In this document: piece after piece, positions 34,501-37,510 of the stretch
Layout of the letters: the number at the start of each line of letters is the position of its first letter
Numbering within the stretch: the stretch's first letter is position 1
Sequence record: SRR2962707_1896
Length of the DNA stretch: 37,510 nucleotides
Direction: 5' to 3' (one strand)
Position numbers and translations under genes: made by a program
The notes under the pieces: model-generated
What the model saw: only the letters and a program-made list of their open reading frames with translations
Databases searched by the model: none
What the model was told of the DNA's origin: nothing

Positions 34501-37171
34501 AATCTCCATCCCCATCCACATCCGCTGCTCGTACATAATAAGGAAAAGAAGCATCCAATGTGATATTATGCATTGCAAAAATTTCCGATCCATCATTCTC
34601 ATACCATGCAATTCTATTGTCGTCTCGAGAAGCAGATAAAATGTCCATGTCACCATCGCCATCTATATCTGACGCATAAACGGAGATGGCATTATCGACC
34701 GAGATTGGAAGAGCTTCCTGATCTGCAAACGTTCCATCGCCATTATTCGGATACCAGGCAATTTTATCGTCATTCTGGGAAGCAGATAACACGTCCAGGT
34801 CACCGTCACTATCCACATCGGCCAGGTGTATGAGTCGGGGATTATCTACGCTTCCATTCACAATCACTGTTACAGCACCTAAAAAAGTTCCGTCTCCGTT
34901 ATTTTCGTACCATACGATATCATCTACCGGCAGAAGGGACAATACAATATCCAGGTCACCATCTCCATCCATATCACCTGCCACTACTGATCGTGCGCCA
35001 GTGGCTACATCACTAATGGGTATCGCTGGTTGAATTTCATTCAGAGTGACAGCATTTGACGCAGCAGTAACAATAAGCTGTTTAGGATTTGGCAGTACCT
35101 TTCCTGTTGCTGATAACACATTGGTAGTAATGGTAATCGATAGTACTTCACCCGGTTTAAAATCATTATCGGAATTAAATGTTACATCCGATCCATTTGT
35201 ACTTAAGACACCACTTATTACGCCCGTGTAACTGCCGTGAACCACTACGTTATTGCTGTTTACAGTTGATGCATCTATAGGATGATTAAACATTAGAATC
35301 AAATCATCCTTACGAGATATATTTAGTGCATTATTGGTAGGAGATAATAAAGAAAGTGTTCCTTTAAAACTGGTATCTGTCACAACTTCGCCTACATTGT
35401 TATTGGCATCCGTAAGTGTAAGGGATAGTGTAACCGTACCATCTTCGAGGCTGCTCAGGTCGATATCGGTCACTTCCTGGTTGTTAAATTGTGTTACCGT
35501 ACCGCTACCCGTTACCTCAGTAGGACCTCCGGAAGTAGAAAAAGTATAGTTGTAGGTGGCACCTACTTCGGTATTTTTTAAAATAAAACTTACGGCACTT
35601 TCATTGGCACTGGTAATAGGATCCTGATTAATGGTTGCAGAATAAAGGATGGGTGCCGATTGATCATTCTCAAACCAAATGATATTGGACGCTTGGCCAG
35701 TGGCCACATCGATATCCCCATCCCCATCAAAATCTGCAGTTGCCAAACCATATACATTACTCCCATCAAAATTCGCTAGCGGTCGATCGGTAAAACTACC
35801 ACTACCATCGTTTTCGTACCATGTCACCACGGCATTAAAAGCCGATGATGCGATCACATCCATATCGCCATCGCCATCCATGTCCATTGTTTTTACCTTC
35901 GACAGGTCAATACCACTCTCACTTAATTCATGCCATGTGAATACCTGGCTGCCGTCATTTTCATACCAAAAAATTTTATCAGCACCAGCCGATGCAACAA
36001 CTATATCCATGTCGTCATCGCCATCCATATCAGCTGCGCTTACTGAAATGGCGTTACTTACACTGCCTACGTTTATAGCTGATGAGAAAGTACCGGCTCC
36101 ATCCGTATTTTCGAACCAACTTACGCTGTGGTTATGGGCCACCACTACATCCATATCCCCATCACTATCCACATCTACTGCATATACGGATCTCGGATTG
36201 GTAATTGGTTCACTATCATTTTCCGTAAAATTGCCACTACCGTCATTGCTATACCATGTAATTACGTCCTGAACACTTGAAGCAGCTACGACATCCATAT
36301 CTCCATCGCCATCAAAATCTGCCGTGTGCATATTATCCCTTACATCATTAAATGAAGTATTTACAGCTAACTTGGAGGAGAATATATTCCCAACATTCTC
36401 GTGCCAATAGATCTTATCGTCTGTAGCACTTGAAGAAAGCACATCCAAATCCCCATCTCCATCAATGTCTGCAGTAAATACAGAACTTGCACTACTCACA
36501 GTAGTACTAACATTGGATTCACTAAAGCTACCCAACCCATCATTGGCATACCATGCGACAGTATTCGAATAAGCACCTAGTATATCAACATCTCCATCTC
36601 CATCGACATCTGCGGTGTGTAGGACTTGAATTGAAGTTGCAGTAGTGCTTACTTCCGGGGCTACTTGCTCAAAACTGTCCGGTGTATCAGGGCCATCTAC
36701 TCCAGGAACTAAGAATTCAAATATGTAAGGATTCGTAAGGGATTGTCCCCCACCAGCAACACCGGTGGTTACTACAACGGTTATCTTTTCTCCACTTTTA
36801 AATGGAGAAGAAGGTGTAACAACTCCAGTCAAAGATCCCTCACCAGTAAATGTCGCTGGAATCATACCAGTCAGACTTCCAGTTACAAAAACAGTATTAG
36901 CATTGAACGTACCACCATCAATGGCCGCATCGAAAGTAAGCTCAATTGTGGCTGTTTTTGACACGTTAGTTGCATTAGGAGTGGGTGATTTACCAGTAAG
37001 ATTGAGCTGAGCCCATACGGGAGCTGTTAGTACAACCATTGCGACACAAAGCCAGGCTTTAAGCATTCCTGAATGACCTGTTTTGCTTCGAACTAGCAAA
37101 TTGCTTGCTTTTAAGATGTAAGCAAGAGCTGCTATTAGGATGAAAAGAATGATTTGTAGCAGTTTTTTCAT
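31547..37171 (-). CDS. Large T9SS-secreted multidomain surface protein: 2x(Ig-like + 7 FG-GAP repeats), further Ig domains, MopE-like metal-binding motif, 6 cadherin-like repeats, type A CTD
   Basis: 14 D.DGDGD.D repeats in two blocks of 7; WYAD.DGDGYG...DCDD...NP...D.IDNNCDG motif; six N..PTV..AI.D repeats; C-terminal VYPNP...YN..GQ...L.AGIY...K.IK. Confidence 0.93.
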   Translation of the reverse strand: MKKLLQIILFILIAALAYILKASNLLVRSKTGHSGMLKAWLCVAMVVLTAPVWAQLNLTGKSPTPNATNVSKTATIELTFDAAIDGGTFNANTVFVTGSLTGMIPATFTGEGSLTGVVTPSSPFKSGEKITVVVTTGVAGGGQSLTNPYIFEFLVPGVDGPDTPDSFEQVAPEVSTTATSIQVLHTADVDGDGDVDILGAYSNTVAWYANDGLGSFSESNVSTTVSSASSVFTADIDGDGDLDVLSSSATDDKIYWHENVGNIFSSKLAVNTSFNDVRDNMHTADFDGDGDMDVVAASSVQDVITWYSNDGSGNFTENDSEPITNPRSVYAVDVDSDGDMDVVVAHNHSVSWFENTDGAGTFSSAINVGSVSNAISVSAADMDGDDDMDIVVASAGADKIFWYENDGSQVFTWHELSESGIDLSKVKTMDMDGDGDMDVIASSAFNAVVTWYENDGSGSFTDRPLANFDGSNVYGLATADFDGDGDIDVATGQASNIIWFENDQSAPILYSATINQDPITSANESAVSFILKNTEVGATYNYTFSTSGGPTEVTGSGTVTQFNNQEVTDIDLSSLEDGTVTLSLTLTDANNNVGEVVTDTSFKGTLSLLSPTNNALNISRKDDLILMFNHPIDASTVNSNNVVVHGSYTGVISGVLSTNGSDVTFNSDNDFKPGEVLSITITTNVLSATGKVLPNPKQLIVTAASNAVTLNEIQPAIPISDVATGARSVVAGDMDGDGDLDIVLSLLPVDDIVWYENNGDGTFLGAVTVIVNGSVDNPRLIHLADVDSDGDLDVLSASQNDDKIAWYPNNGDGTFADQEALPISVDNAISVYASDIDGDGDMDILSASRDDNRIAWYENDGSEIFAMHNITLDASFPYYVRAADVDGDGDLDVFSASEDGSVRWYVNKGMGDFTLNTAVTVHADANNAAHAVEAADFNGDGYTDLTATFATDTDRIKWFRNNDNDGTFNNITLTPPGGNDNPIHVHPADVNGDGHMDIISASYDGDNVILYDNNGTGTFTGSYLNEAANGAASVFAADLDGDGDLDILSASAINNTLAWYKNKDVTSPTVSISGSQFSSASSFQVTVTFDEPVFGFDASDLTISNGIVDVLNINEDGTYSVEITAASVGIVTINIDANVVLDGDGNGNEAAEQFTVEYCPELATWYADIDGDGYGDANSSVEDCSQPQSHVSNSDDCDDSDAEINPDATDINDKIDNNCDGNVDENNVAPTVSNAISNLGFQKGFGSQEIDFSNIFTDVDDDLLTYTVSSSNENVITGSVDGNILTLTEVGTGTSTITLTADDGFGGTVDESFDVFVNNSPTVSNAILDQNLEEDFGSKVIDISGVFSDADEDALSFNVTSSDESVVTVSISGNSLTLTEVGLGASTITLTANDGKGGSVDDTFAVIVNAAGNNAPTVSSAISDQDLEEGYGSKDFDLSVVFSDVDGDVLSFSAGSSDETVVTASISGNTLTLTEVAPGTCTVTVTANDGNGGNVNDIFTVNVIAAGNNVPTVASAISDQNLDEGFGSKVIDLAGVFNDVDGDVLSLTASSSNESIIAASISGNTLTLTEVALGTCDITVTANDGKGGNVEDTFTVNVMTPGNNAPTVASAISDQNLDEGFGSKDVDLSGVFSDADGDALTFTVGNSSENVITVSLSNNTLTLTEVAPGTSNISVTANDGKGGSISDVFVVNVIAMPNNSPTVFAAIADLSLDEGFGSSAIDLGNVFSDIDGDPLTYSVSNTANSVVTTAVSGNTLTLTEAGTGIATITITADDGKGGSVADKFVVTVNEALGLEEEDIVRVYPNPVKTTLMVELPNNTMNISFYNTIGQKVIGVVPTSDSDKLEISLDELSAGIYLMIIETSSSQLSKTVIKQ
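31805..33496 (-). repeat. Six intragenic tandem repeats encoding cadherin-like Ig domains
   Basis: Equivalent positions at 32067, 32352, 32637, 32922 and 33207 (285-bp period) and at 33480 (273 bp). Confidence 0.9.
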
Positions 37172-37458
37172 AGGTGTATTTTTTTAGTTAAAGACTGAAT
37201 GCCAATCCAATTTCAATTGCTCGAAAAGGCGCTTCAAAGAAGAAAACAAGCAGCTTTAGATCATAGGAAGAGGTGTCTACTGAATGTCTCAGATGAAGGA
37301 AATAGGTGTTTACATGGAGTATACAAGAGGAGGCAGGAGATAGGAGATAGCACTTAGTAGTCAGAAGAAAGTAGACAGAATTCAGGAGATTGAGATGTTT
37401 GACTTAGTTCAGTATGACAAACTGGTTCTGGCCTGCCTACTGGAGCTTAGGCGAGGTA

Positions 37459-37510
37459 GGTTGCATGGTTGCTGGTTGCATGGTTGCTGGTTGCTGGTTG
37501 CTGGTTGCTG
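37459..37510. repeat. 7/8-mer tandem repeat GGTTGC(A)T, running off the window
   Basis: GGTTGCAT GGTTGCT GGTTGCAT GGTTGCT GGTTGCT GGTTGCT GGTTGCT G. Confidence 0.9.

Noticed and set aside
31489-36961. Many plus-strand ORFs opposite the large T9SS gene, including periodic ones
   Set aside because: Antisense shadows of a repetitive, codon-biased gene; their periodicity mirrors the 285-bp repeats.

Overview
Bacteroidota chromosomal window, probably a Cytophagales-type organism. This is inferred from a T9SS C-terminal sorting domain, TAnnTTTG promoters, A-rich start regions lacking Shine-Dalgarno sites, and typical gene families. It opens at the 3' end of tmRNA, followed by nested palindromes, a small GIY-YIG nuclease and a probable LytTR gene remnant. 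Next come an Fe-S Rrf2 regulator bracketed by two near-identical operators with three uncharacterised membrane proteins downstream, and a MarR-linked MMPL/LolA-like/beta-barrel export operon. An ORF-free ~150-nt minus-strand unit with its own promoter, upstream palindrome and folded core is a candidate sRNA. The middle holds a GH20-cutC-GH2 operon, AMP nucleosidase and other metabolic genes, a PadR plus duplicated orphan permease pair, a LytS/LytTR system divergent from a TonB-dependent receptor, and an orphan lycopene cyclase-family gene. The window ends with a 1874-aa T9SS-secreted FG-GAP/Ig adhesin-like gene and a 7/8-mer tandem repeat. No integrase, transposase, CRISPR array or rRNA was seen. 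The best leads are the orphan structured RNA (7464-7674), the tmRNA-end palindrome/GIY-YIG unit (24-447) and the Rrf2 mini-regulon. All family assignments come from motif recognition by eye; no database searches were run.
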